Source: Chiloscyllium plagiosum (Eukaryota). From it: a stretch of 64,000 bases of DNA. The stretch spans positions 12,882,846 through 12,946,845 of the forward strand of contig NC_057749.1 in assembly GCF_004010195.1 (NCBI RefSeq), read 5' to 3'. A program made the position numbers and the translations under genes. The notes under the pieces were generated by a model, which had not been told where the DNA came from, did no database searches, and saw only the letters and a program-made list of their open reading frames with translations. Numbering within the stretch: the stretch's first letter is position 1; each line of letters opens with the position of its first letter. Of this stretch, positions 49,741 to 61,193 are shown in pieces.

Positions 49741-50539
49741 TACTGATTGTAGAGTTTCAATTACCAACCTCCAGCCTTAATTCTTTTTCATTATTTCATA
49801 TTTGGGCATTTGTAAGTTTTACTTTAAGGACAGTTTACTCTGACAATTCAGTTTTTGAGAAACCAAGTCATCTTTTCTAATGAATTTAATTACCCAATAT
49901 AAAATTGGGTGGGAAAATGTTTATAGAAATGAGTTCATATGATTTGACTTGAATGACTTTTTGAATTGAGTCAACTGTTAAGATCAGTAGGAACTGTTCC
50001 ATTGCAGCTGATGTAAAAGTAAAGGGAGGAAGGTTAGTCTTCTGCAATGACCTTTGGCAATGTCAGTAATATGTGAATGATTATGCCTTAATCAAGGCTT
50101 CCGCTATCTTGAACCAGTTTAGTTTGTGCTTTTTTATTCGATCAATTCTGTGGAAGTAAGCTTGGATTGGAAGTGAAGTGAACCCTAAATGTTTCCTCTA
50201 ATTTGAGTGCCTTTAATAGGATTGTGTTCATTTAGAATGGATCTGTTGAAAGTCCCAGATAAGGGTTATATTAATAATTGATTCATCTGAATAGCTTCAA
50301 CAGTTCGAGCTCCTGTTCAGTGTTGTGCGTCTTGAGTTATGGTTGTTTTGCTTGCCTTTCAGTCCCTGTACCCAAGCCCTTTACCTGTTCTGACCAATTT
50401 GTTTGTTTTGCCAAACTGTTTGGATGTGTTCTCACAAACCTTTCTGAGCATCACATCCCAAGGTGGGACTTAAATCATGATATTTTGGTCCAGAGGTAAG
50501 GGCGATACCATTGGGACACAAGATCTTTATAAAACAAAG

Positions 50540-50845
50540 AATCCCTACAGTGTGGAAGTTTGGCCATTCATCCCATGGAGTCTGCACCAACCTTCCAAAA
50601 TGCATCCCACCCAGACCCCTATGCTATCTCCGTAACCCGCATTTGCCATAACCAATCTACCTCACCTGCATTTCCTTGGACACTGGGCAATTTAGCATGG
50701 TCTATCCACCTAATGTTCACATCTTTGGACTGTGGGAGGAAACTAGAGGACCTGGTGGAAATGCAGGCAGACACAGACAGAATGTGCCAACTCCACGCAG
50801 CCAGTCACCCGAGGCTGGAATTGAACTCTGATCCCTGGCACCCTT
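50540..50845 (-). mobile_element. HE1-type SINE
   Basis: gggcaatttagcatgg...acatctttggactgtgggaggaaac...gtcacccgaggctggaattgaac. Confidence 0.8.
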
Positions 50846-51308
50846 TTTAGTTTTTTTAAGCACTGTGCAGTGTGCCCACTATTATCTTGTCCTTTTTCTT
50901 CATTCTCACCACCTGTCCTTTTCTCCATGCCTGCTCTCTTGGCCTCTTGAACAATAGCTTCCATTTGGACTGCAAAGTAGAACCTTTCACAGGAAGTTTG
51001 TTTTGCTTTGAACAAGGTAGTTAATTGCTCATCAGGAGTTGCGTCTTTAAGAGCGTATTCTTAGAAGATGAATTGAGGAAGTAACTTGGTTTCTCTATTT
51101 CCTGAGTTGCACAATTGTTTGAAGATGTGCCATAAGGAGTTCAGTTAGAGACAAATGGGCAATTTATAGGTCTTAAGTGTCAACTTGTGATCCCACTGGT
51201 TCAACCTTAACCTTGTGAATACATGCTTCTGTTAACAGTTCTTCACAAAACCTAAGTGGTTTCTATTGCTTTTATATTCAGTACAGTGAACTTTGCTGTT
51301 TTTTTTAG

Positions 51309-51402
51309 ACCAGCCCCTCAGAAATGGATTCCACAAAGATTTCTGGCAATAGCTCCAAGACAAATGGTATACACTCTGATGACGAACAAGATATTTTTGC
51401 TG
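51309..51402 (+). CDS. SNX1: SNX1 exon 2
   Basis: ttttttag|TSPSEMDSTKISGNSSKTNGIHSDDEQDIFA G|gtaata; 94 nt; NGIH...QD(I/L)FA as in SNX1. Confidence 0.85.
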
Positions 51403-51939
51403 GTAATAAGTTTAAACTTTCAGTAATTTATTTATTAGTTTTTTGTATTGATTTTCTGGTAGTAGTGCAGGTCATGGTTGCATGTTTTCAAGACTGAGAA
51501 GTCAAGTTTTTTACCCCACCACTGATCTCCTCTTGTAACCCTGATTCAAATGGCTGGTCCAGTTGAGTTTCTGGTCAGTGGCTGCCCCCGTGTGGTGGTT
51601 GGTAGATTTGCTGGAGGTGATACCAATGAATGTCATGGGGCAGTGCTTTCAGCTTCTCCTGACAAGCAAGTCTTTGCCTGGCAAGATTGTTATTTGCCAT
51701 ATCTTGCATGTGGACACAGACTGGTTCATTACCTGAGAACTGCAAACTGGCCAAATGCCAGTGAATGTCCTCATTGCTGATCTCACGGTGGAGAGAAAGT
51801 ATTAAAGCAGTTGAAAAAAGTAACACTTAGGATCTCTCAATTTCTAATCTTGAAGTGAGGTCCAGCCCTAACTTTTTTTCTCAAATATTATTCTCAAAAG
51901 GTAGTTATGTTTTAATAAACTATCTTTTGAGCACTGCAG

Positions 51940-54900
51940 TGCAATGTGGTTGTTGTGGTCCATGTCGGGATAAACAGTATAGGCAAGACTAGGAAAGAGG
52001 GCCTGTTTAGGGATTATCAGGAACTACGCAAAGAATAGGTCCTCAAGGGCTATAATCTCCTGATTACTGTCTTGACCACATGCAAATTGGCATAAGGATG
52101 TGAGAATAAGGGAAGTGAACTTCTGTCTAAAAGAATGGTATGGGAAAGTGGGGTTCCTTTTCATGGAGCACTGCCATCAGTATTGGGACAGGAGGGATCT
52201 GTACTGTTGGGATGGAGTGCACCTGAACCAAGCTGGCACCAATGTTCTAGTGTCAATAGGGTGGTCAACAGGACTTTTAACAAGAAAGTGGGAGGGAATG
52301 GGAAGTTAAAACTCCAAGGAATAGGGTGGTCACTGGGAAACAAAGCAGCAGGTTAACATCTGTAGGGTTGGATTCAACTGCATGGAAAAATGTGATTTTA
52401 AAAATGAAAAGGGAGAACTCTGGTTATTAAAGTCTCCATCACACTAGTAGGGCAGTATTTGGAAAGGGTTAGGAATCAAACTTCAAGCGCACCTGACAAA
52501 TGACAAACCAAGAGGGACTGAAACTATTGTCTGAATGCGCACTGTATACAAAAAGATAAATGAGCGTGTGCTGCAGATCAGAATTGGCAGGTATGACTTG
52601 GTGGGCATCACAGAGGCATGGCTGCAAGGTGATCAAGACGAGGAGCTAAATATCCAAGGATATACATTCTATCGGAAAGACAAGCAGTTAGGCAGATGGG
52701 GTGGGAATGTCTTACTAGTAAGAAATGAAATTAAATCGATAATAAAAAACAAGCTTGGGTCAAATGATATAGAATTTGTGTGGGTAGAGCTGGGAATCTG
52801 CAAAGGTACAAACTTCATAGTGGGAGTTACGTACAGGTCTCCAAACAGTAGTCTGGATTTGGGACACCAAACTATGTCAGGAGATAGAAAGGCAAGGTTA
52901 CAATGATAATGGGGAACTTCAATATGCAGGTCGACTCGGAAAGTCAGGAATGTTTGAGATGGCTTTTTAGAGCAGCTTGTGGTGGAACCCACTAGGGAAT
53001 ACTGGATTTACTGTTGAGCAATGAGGCAGACTTGATGAGGGTTCCTTCACCTTAAGTTTTCTTAGGCAGTGAGCATAATATGATAGAATTTACTCTGCAA
53101 TTTGAGAGGGAGAAGTGGGATCAGATGTAATGGTATTGCAGCTGAGTAAAGGCAATTACAGAGGCATGAGGGAGGAGCTGGGTAGAGTTGACCGAGAGAG
53201 GAGCCTATCGGGAAAGACAGTGAAACAGCAATGGCAGGAGGTTGTGGAAGTAATTCAGGAGATTCAACAGCGATTCAACCAGTGGAAAAAGAAACATACT
53301 AAAGGAAGGATGAGCCAACCATGGCTGACCAGAGAAGTCAGGATATCCTAAAAGCAAATGAGAAAGCATATAATGTGGCGAAGGGCAGTCAGAAGCTTAC
53401 AAAGACCAACGGAAGACAAAAAAAATTAAATGAGGGTAAGCTAGTCAGTAATATAAAAGATGGCATGAATTTAGATATATAAAGGGCAAAATAGAGGCAA
53501 AAGTGGGCATTGGGCTGCTGGAAAATGATGCTGGAGAGATAGCATTTCTTTGTTACCCAATACAAAGTACTTTATCAGTCTTCACAGTGGAAGACGAGTA
53601 ATATCCCAAAATTGAGAGTATGGTGGCCATCACCAAGAAGGTGCTCGGAAAACTGAAAGGTCTGAAGGTGGATAAATTACCTGGACCAAATGGACTATAC
53701 CCCACAGTTCTGAAGGAAATAGCTGAAGAGATAGTGAAGGTGTTAGTAGTGATCTTTCTGGAATCAATGGAGTCTGGAAGGGTCCAGAAGACTGGAAAAT
53801 CGCTAATGTAACCCCCTTTTTTAAACAAGGAGTAAAGCAAAAGCGGGAAATTACAGGCTGATTAGCCTGACCTCGGTAAGATTGGAGTCCATTGTGAAGG
53901 ATAAGATTTGAGCACTTGCAAATGTATGGTATGAGGGCAAAGTCAGCATAGTTTCATCAAGGAGAGATTGTGTCTGACAAATCTGTTTGAATTCTTTAAG
54001 GGGTAATGAGTAGATTAGACCAAGGAGAGCCAATGGATGCTATCTACCTGGACTTCAAGAAGGCCTTCGATAAGGTGTTGCACAGGAGGCTACTAATCCA
54101 GATAAGGGCACTTTGTGTTAGAGGCATGGTCTTAACATGGTAAGAAGATTGGTTGTCTGGCAGACAGCAGAAAGTGGGGATAAAAGGGTCCTTCTCAGAG
54201 AGGCAGCTGGTGACCAGTGGTGTTCTGCAAGGGTCAGTGTTGGACCCACAACTTTTATGCATTAATGATTTTCAATGAAGGGACGGAGGGCATTCTGGTG
54301 AAGTTTGCAGATGATACAAAGATAGATAGACAGGCAGGTAGCATTTAGGGGGCAGGGAGGCTGCAGAAGGATTTAGACCAAGTGAGAGTGGGCAAAGAAG
54401 TGCCAGATGAAATACAATGGGAAAGTGTGAGGGCATGCACTTTCCTCCGGGGCATAGAGGCTTGGACTGTTTCTAAATGGGGAGAAAATTCAGAAGCCTG
54501 AAGTGCAGAGAGACTTGGGAATTCTAGTTCAGGATTCTCTCGAGGTAAACTTGCAGACTGAGTCAGTAGTTAGGAAGGCAATGCAATGATGGTATTTATT
54601 TTGAGGGAGCCAGAACATAAAAGCAGGGATGTACTTCTGAAGCTTTATAAAGCTGTGGTCAGACCACATTTCGAGTATTGAGAGTAATGTCTGGTCCCAT
54701 ACCTCAGGAAGGATGTATTGGCCCTGGAGGGGTCCAGAGGAAGTTAATGAGAATGATCCGTGGAATGAAAAGCTTAACACATGAGTAACATTTTAAGGAC
54801 TCTCTGGGGTTTATACTTGAAGTTTAGAAGGATGGGGGGAGGAATCTAGTTGAAATATACAGAATAATGAAGGGCCTGGATAGAATGGATGTTGGGAAGA

Positions 54901-55217
54901 TCTTTCCATGGGTGGGAAAGACTAGGCCCTGAAGGTATAGGTTAGAATAAAGGGAAGACACTTTAGAATGGAGATAAGGAGAAATTTCTTTAGCCAGAGA
55001 TTAGCAGTTTTTCCACAGGTTATTTCCACAGCAATTTATCTACCACAGAAGACTGGAGGCCAGGTCGAGTATATTTAAGACAGGGATAGGTTCTTGTTTG
55101 TCAAGGGTTATGGGGAGAAAGCAGGAGAATGGGGTTGAGAAACTTATCAGCCATGATCGAATGGCGGAGCAGACCTGATGGGCTGAATGGCTTAATTGCT
55201 GTCCCTGAATCTTATAG
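51940..55217 (+). mobile_element. Near-complete decayed CR1 LINE in SNX1 intron 2
   Basis: ORF1 tail (YWDRRDLYCWDGVHLN), endonuclease (YDLVGITEAWL, VGVTYRSPN), KLPGPNGLYPTVLKE, RT and 3' UTR. Confidence 0.9.
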
Positions 55218-55430
55218 TGTCTCCCTTGATAGGTCTGGTAAGAAATGTTAACATGCTACAATATGTTGTTGCTGAGGGAGCATGGGCCTGTTGCTGTGAC
55301 CCACATGCCATGCCATTTTGAGAGAGCTATGTGCATTGGCCCAAGGCTGCATGGTGGAGAGCAGAGTTACACGAGTTAAGATCGATTGAATCTAGAATCT
55401 AGGTTATATCAAATGCTGTATCATTTGCAG

Positions 55431-55558
55431 AAGCTACTGTGGAGTTATCTCTGGACAGCCCTGAAAATGGCAATCAAACTAAACCATCCACTGCTGGTCT
55501 GACTGTAACGGTTCCACCTGGATCTACTATACAATCCCAGACTAAAATCTATCAAGAG
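55431..55558 (+). CDS. SNX1: SNX1 exon 3
   Basis: tttgcag|(E)ATVELSLDSPENGNQ...TKIYQE|gtaagg; 128 nt, phase-consistent with exons 2 and 4. Confidence 0.88.
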
Positions 55559-56390
55559 GTAAGGATAATTTCAAGTCTTCAATGTTATGATTCCCAGGCC
55601 ATGATACCAGAGCCAAACCTTTAACTTGCATTTTGCAAGTATCTTCCCGCTTCTGTCTTGCTTTCCAAACTCCTCCCCACATTGTCTGTACCTTTTGTTT
55701 TTCTCTGCTAGTAAACAGTAACTTCACAAAAAGATGAGTTGCCTAATGAGGAAATATTATCTGTTGCTCATCAGTGCAGGGCATTGCATTTTGATCTCCT
55801 GGCCTTTGATCCAGTTCTCCTGCAGCACTAAGTAAACCGTTCATCTGCCTGAATTATTCATTATGGCAATGGCATGAGGTGTTCCTAAACCTATACCATT
55901 TGCAAACTGGCCAGTGTTTGCTCGAGTTCTTGTGTTGCCTTTGCTTATTGCGCTTTTTTAAAAACTGTTTCATTCATGGACTTGTAGCTAGACAGTGTGG
56001 TGCTATTTAGGGATTGCTGCAGCCAGCTGTAATGCTGCTGCACTGGATGAGCAACTAAAACCATTCTTTTTCTCCTCCTCGTTGTCCTCCTCCTCACAAC
56101 TGAAACCAACAGCAATTTATCTACCAGTAGTTAATTTGGTACAGGCTAGTGTTAAATGGCTTTCTGGTGGGTGCAGCTCAACTTGCCACTAGCTGGGCAT
56201 TGCAGTGAGACTGTTCTGACTTTACAGTAGAGCTGCTGATTGATTAAATGTAGTGTTTGTTTTATTTTCTGTCATCTCAGTAGTACCTTGCCAGGAAATA
56301 TAAACGAATGGTTGAAATGTTTGTTCCTTTTAAGCTTATTTTTTCTGCTGGGATACTCATCATGCTGCGTCTGTTTGATTCCCTCGACAG

Positions 56391-56466
56391 TTGGAAGAGG
56401 AAGAAGTGGAGGATGAAGAGGATCAGTTTGATGTGAATGTTACAGTTACTGAGCCAGAGAAAGTGG
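56391..56466 (+). CDS. SNX1: SNX1 exon 4
   Basis: cgacag|LEEEEVEDEEDQFDVNVTVTEPEKV G|gtaagt; 76 nt. Confidence 0.9.
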
Positions 56467-56549
56467 GTAAGTCTATGATTCTGTTCCTGTCCCATTGCCC
56501 AAAAATAAGCTTATATTCGGGGAAAGTGATGCCTTTAGTCAATGAAGGG

Positions 56550-56885
56550 ATGGCATGGTGGTCCAGTGGTTAGCACTGCTGCCTCACAGCGTCAGGGACC
56601 CAAGTTCAATTCCACCCTTGGCTGATTGTGTGTGGTTTACATATTTCCCCCATGTCTGCATGGGTTTTCTCAGGATGCTCAGGTGTCCTCCCACAGTCCA
56701 AAGATGTGCAAGTTAAGTGGATTGGGTATGCAAAATTGCCCTTAGTGTCCAGTGACCTTGCTAGGTTGGTTAGCCATGGGAAATGCAGGGATACAGAGAT
56801 AGGTTAGCGAGGGTGAATCTGGGTGGGTTGCTCTTTAGAGGGCTGGTGTGGTCTCGATGGGCTAAATGGCCTGCTTCTATTGTAG
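56550..56885 (+). mobile_element. HE1-type SINE
   Basis: ggcatggtggtccagtggttagcactgctgcctcacagcgtcagggacccaagttcaattcc. Confidence 0.82.
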
Positions 56886-59352
56886 AGTTAATGATTGAGA
56901 GTTCAACTTAAATATTCACGTGGCTAATATGTTACTATATGCTGATTTCTCATTTTAAATGGTAGCTGTAAATTAGAGTGCATTCTCCATCAGCTGTCTA
57001 TTTCCCCTTTTTTGTCCAGCACAAATCTCCGATCCTGACAGCGTTGACTTTGGTGCTTCTGCAGATTGAGGGGTCCATTAGTCTTCAGTTTTCAAATTGA
57101 GGGGGATAGTTTAGTGGTGCTTTGAATAGACAGGAGCATGATGCTGATATGAGCTTCTCCACTGAGTTCGTAATCAAAGCTGAAACTCTGCAGAAGCTAG
57201 ACTCTCTCAGAATTGGAGCCAGTAAATGAGAAATGGTGGAAAGAAATGACTAGTGGGAATGGTTCTACAGGCCCTCCAACACTTAACGATGATGTTGGAC
57301 AAAGTATGCAAGAAGAAAGTGTGATAAAAGGGCAGCAAAAATCTTAAGTGACGATAATCTGAATATAAATTGGAATAATCAAATTGGCATTTCCAGCATG
57401 GATCTAGAATTGTTTTTGCGAGTCTGAGTAGCACAGACTGCACCAACTAGAGGGCAGACTGTTTGATTTAGTACTGTGTAATGTAATCGGATTAATTAAT
57501 GACTTCACCATTGAGGCATCCCTATGTAGTAAGCAAGCACATGATTGAGTTTTACATCTAGTTTGTAAGGGAGAACTTTAGGTTCCAGACTAGTATTTAT
57601 GGGCATGAAATCTGCACTAATTGTAGTGAACTAGCATATTAGGCTAGGAGATTAAGTAAAGACACAGTGGGAGAGGATATTTTAGAACATTTGTAAATAC
57701 ACATTCCTACTATAAAGAAATTAATCTAATATGCTGACCTACTGGGGAAAGCATCAAACTTGTGAAAAACATAATGCCAGCTTGATGGTTGGTAATTGGG
57801 AAATGGCCGATGTAATGAAATAATTTGCTTTTGTCTTCACTACAAACAATACAAAAATAATTCCAGTAATAGTTGTAAGACAGGAGATGGTTGCAAATTC
57901 AGTTAAGCTGTTACAATTCCCAGGAACGTGGCACTATGCAAGATAAGGTCTAGTTGGACCTTATCCTCTGTTCTTTAAAAGTTGTTGTTAATAAGGTAGT
58001 AAATACTTCTTTAATTTTCCAAGATTCCCTAAATTCAGGGAATGTTCTATCTGACAGGAAAGTAGCAATTTTAACACCATATATGGGAATATGCAAAGGT
58101 GATGAATCTTCTTGGTCCAGTAAAGTAACTAATGACTTTCAGTGCTGAGAATTAAGGAATGGTAATGAAGTCAGTAGCTTTGTCAAACCAACATCCCAGC
58201 ACCTAATTTGAGAACTGACTAATAAGTGATCTCGTGACGAGTGAGGAGAGCACTTCCTGAATTTCACTCCAGAGCCCAAGATCTGTGTAAAGCTTTTTTT
58301 TTGTCGCCTTGGCAATGAAACCACTTTGTAGCTTACAGTTCTATATGTTTATACTGAACTGATGAGTGAAAACCCAAACTGCAGCAAATGACCGCTGTCC
58401 AAATAAGGACAAGGTTTTTTATTCACTTGCTGGCCATTATTCATGGCCCTTGAAGGCAGTGGTGAGCTGCTTGGGTAGACCTGCAGTGCTGTTAGGGAGG
58501 GCACGTTGAACCAGCGGTTGCAATTTAACATTGTCATGTTGTAATGATTTGAAATTATCTTCTATAGGGCAATTTACCATGCCAAATTTGTTCCCTTTCT
58601 GATTTTGAAACAGCCAATACTCCAATCACCAAATTCATCCAGTTGTTTTTTTTTTTAAAATTACACAAAGTATCCACCTCATTGACTGTTGTTTCTTATC
58701 TCTTTCTATTGCCCTTTTTCTGAATTATGCTTGCATTCTTTTGACCCTTCCAACTTTGACCTGCCAATTAGCCCCTCACTGTTAGAGACAAAATAACTTT
58801 AGAAGCTAGAATCCAGTACTCTGACTAATGGGCCAGGTGCTGTCACCAGTCAGTACGCTCCCCTTTTGTATAGTATAAATATTGGTTTCTCCTGAATTAG
58901 TATTATTGCAAAATGCCCTGATTTTGAGAGACAGGCTTTTGTCTAATTATATTGCTTGCTCAGTGTGTGGGAAAGAATCAACCTGTAGGTTTTGTGCATT
59001 TTGTTTGATTCTTCCCAAGAGGACCACCCTCTTGATGTAGGGAGCTAGCTTTGCTGCTGTGTCTGTAGCTGTATCGTAATGATCTGCAATTCAATCAGGA
59101 TGCAGAACTGAAAGCTTACCCAAGGTGTCTCCACAGGTCTGGTGGGATTGCCTTGGCTGAGTTAATGCAGTTTGCAACTGATCAGTCTAAACATTTGTAG
59201 CAGAAAGAAATTTTTCTAAAATCAGTAAATTTGTTATCCAGCTTGCTAGACCCTGCCACCTTCCCAACCCTGTTGGCATTGCATACTTGATATTTAGAAG
59301 TAAAACAGCAGCTATGTACCTGGGATAACTTTTTTATTTTTGATTTCACTAG

Positions 59353-59396
59353 GTGATGGGATGGCAGCATACATGGCCTATAAAGTGTCTACTTTG
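59353..59396 (+). CDS. SNX1: SNX1 exon 5 (PX domain start)
   Basis: cactag|(G)DGMAAYMAYKVSTL|gtatgt; 44 nt. Confidence 0.9.
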
Positions 59397-59709
59397 GTAT
59401 GTATCAGAGTTTGGATATCTTGTAGTATTAGATAACCTTTTGTGGTACACCTATATGACTCATTACTTCAGTGCATTGATCTTTCAATCAGTTATTTAAG
59501 GTATATGGCTTGTTGAATATTTTAAATGTCATTGTGATATGAACATGGAAATGGTCTGAAATATAAAATGGGCAATTGAATAAGAGAATATTCAACTGTC
59601 AAATGTTTTAATTTTGAGATAAGGGTTTGGATTTGATAATGATAATGGTGGATCTTGGGTCAATCTAATTGTGTGTGTGTATATTTGAGTTGTGTTTTTG
59701 CTGTTACAG

Positions 59710-59851
59710 ACCAGCTTATCAATCTTCAAGAGGAAGGACTTTAGTGTGAAACGACGATTTAGTGACTTTCTTGGATTGTATGATCGACTGTCAGAAAAAC
59801 ATTCACACAATGGCTTCATAGTTCCTCCTCCTCCTGAGAAGAGCTTAATAG
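59710..59851 (+). CDS. SNX1: SNX1 exon 6 (PX domain)
   Basis: ttacag|[48 protein letters not shown]|gtatat; 142 nt. [21 protein letters not shown] is SNX1-like rather than SNX2-like. Confidence 0.93.
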
Positions 59852-61114
59852 GTATATCCGTAATTGGGGTTCAGTTTTATTTTCTGTAGTCTGGTACTGG
59901 GGTGAAGATCTACTGAGTTTTGAATTGATCTTGAGAATCAGTTATGAAAGGAGGATTTGAAGAAGAATTGCCTTTTATTTAAGGGAGCACTTCATTCTGT
60001 TTGAAACTTCCCCAGAATTCCATTTAGTCTTTTTTGTGGATAATTTCTTCAAACACCTGGATTGTTGGTGCCTTGTTCTTCCTCTTCCATCATGCACTCA
60101 CTGCCATTCCAGTACTCCTAAATATTTATCTCCGGATGTAGTGCTGGTTTGTACGTTACTTAATTTCTCTCACTTGTGGCGAAGCAACTGCTCTCCCCAC
60201 AGGGTAAGTGTTCTGTTGCCTTGCCCTCCATGAGTCTTCCAGAGAAGAGAGATGCTTCTATCTGGCCATGGCTTTTTTTTTATGTTCTAAATCAACATTG
60301 TTAATTTAGCACAAAACATTAATCCCAAGCTTACTTTCTTATGGGATACAGACTTTTTGAATTGTAAATCTTAATCCTGTCATATTTGGAGTGTTATCCT
60401 TGGTAATAATCATTTTAGGAATTTTTTTCCCTGACTTTTTTTAAGAGACCACCTAGCTGTATGAAATATTCAAGTGCATGCTCAAAAACAGCTTTGCAGT
60501 GCCATATCATGGTATCTGCCTAGAACAAAGATGGTGCCATCCATGTAGTGCACTACACTATACTGCAGGGAGTAGGCAACTTCGAGATTCAGCTCTTGAG
60601 CTGGTATAAACTTCACGATTAATCCATACCTACCCATAATAAAGTCAGTGGGTTATCTAGTTTCAGTCATTGGGCGTTTAACAGTAGCCTCTGAGTATGT
60701 CTATGTGCTAATCAGAGAATGAGCCTTGTTGACTTCAGTTCCTGTATTGAACCTTGCACGTGACATCTGAGACAAAGTTCTGACTGGCCTCCTGCTTACA
60801 CAAGTGACTTTTGCCAGGTATTCTTTTGGAGGTGAGAAGGGCAACTACAACCATTGGAAGGAATTGGTTCAACTGGGCCAAATCCACTCTAATCCCCACC
60901 TGCTTCATAAATGCTGGCAAAGTAATGCAAATAGAGCTACTGCCCACACTATCTAATACTGGTGTTAGCTGCTAATGAGCAGATGGTGGCAGAGGCCAAC
61001 TTGGTGTTGGCTGCACACTCTCTATTCTTTCCTTCCTCTTCCCTCTTCTCTCCTCCTGTGCCCCCCCCCAAAAAAACTATACAGATTTCTAATATGGGTT
61101 CTGCTTTGGATAAG

Positions 61115-61193
61115 GTATGACCAAAGTGAAAGTTGGGAAAGAAGATTCTTCCTCTGCTGAGTTCCTGGAGCGGAGGCGAGCTGCATTAGAAAG
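61115..61193 (+). CDS. SNX1: SNX1 exon 7
   Basis: gataag|(G)MTKVKVGKEDSSSAEFLERRRAALE R|gtgagt; 79 nt. The gene continues beyond the window. Confidence 0.92.
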
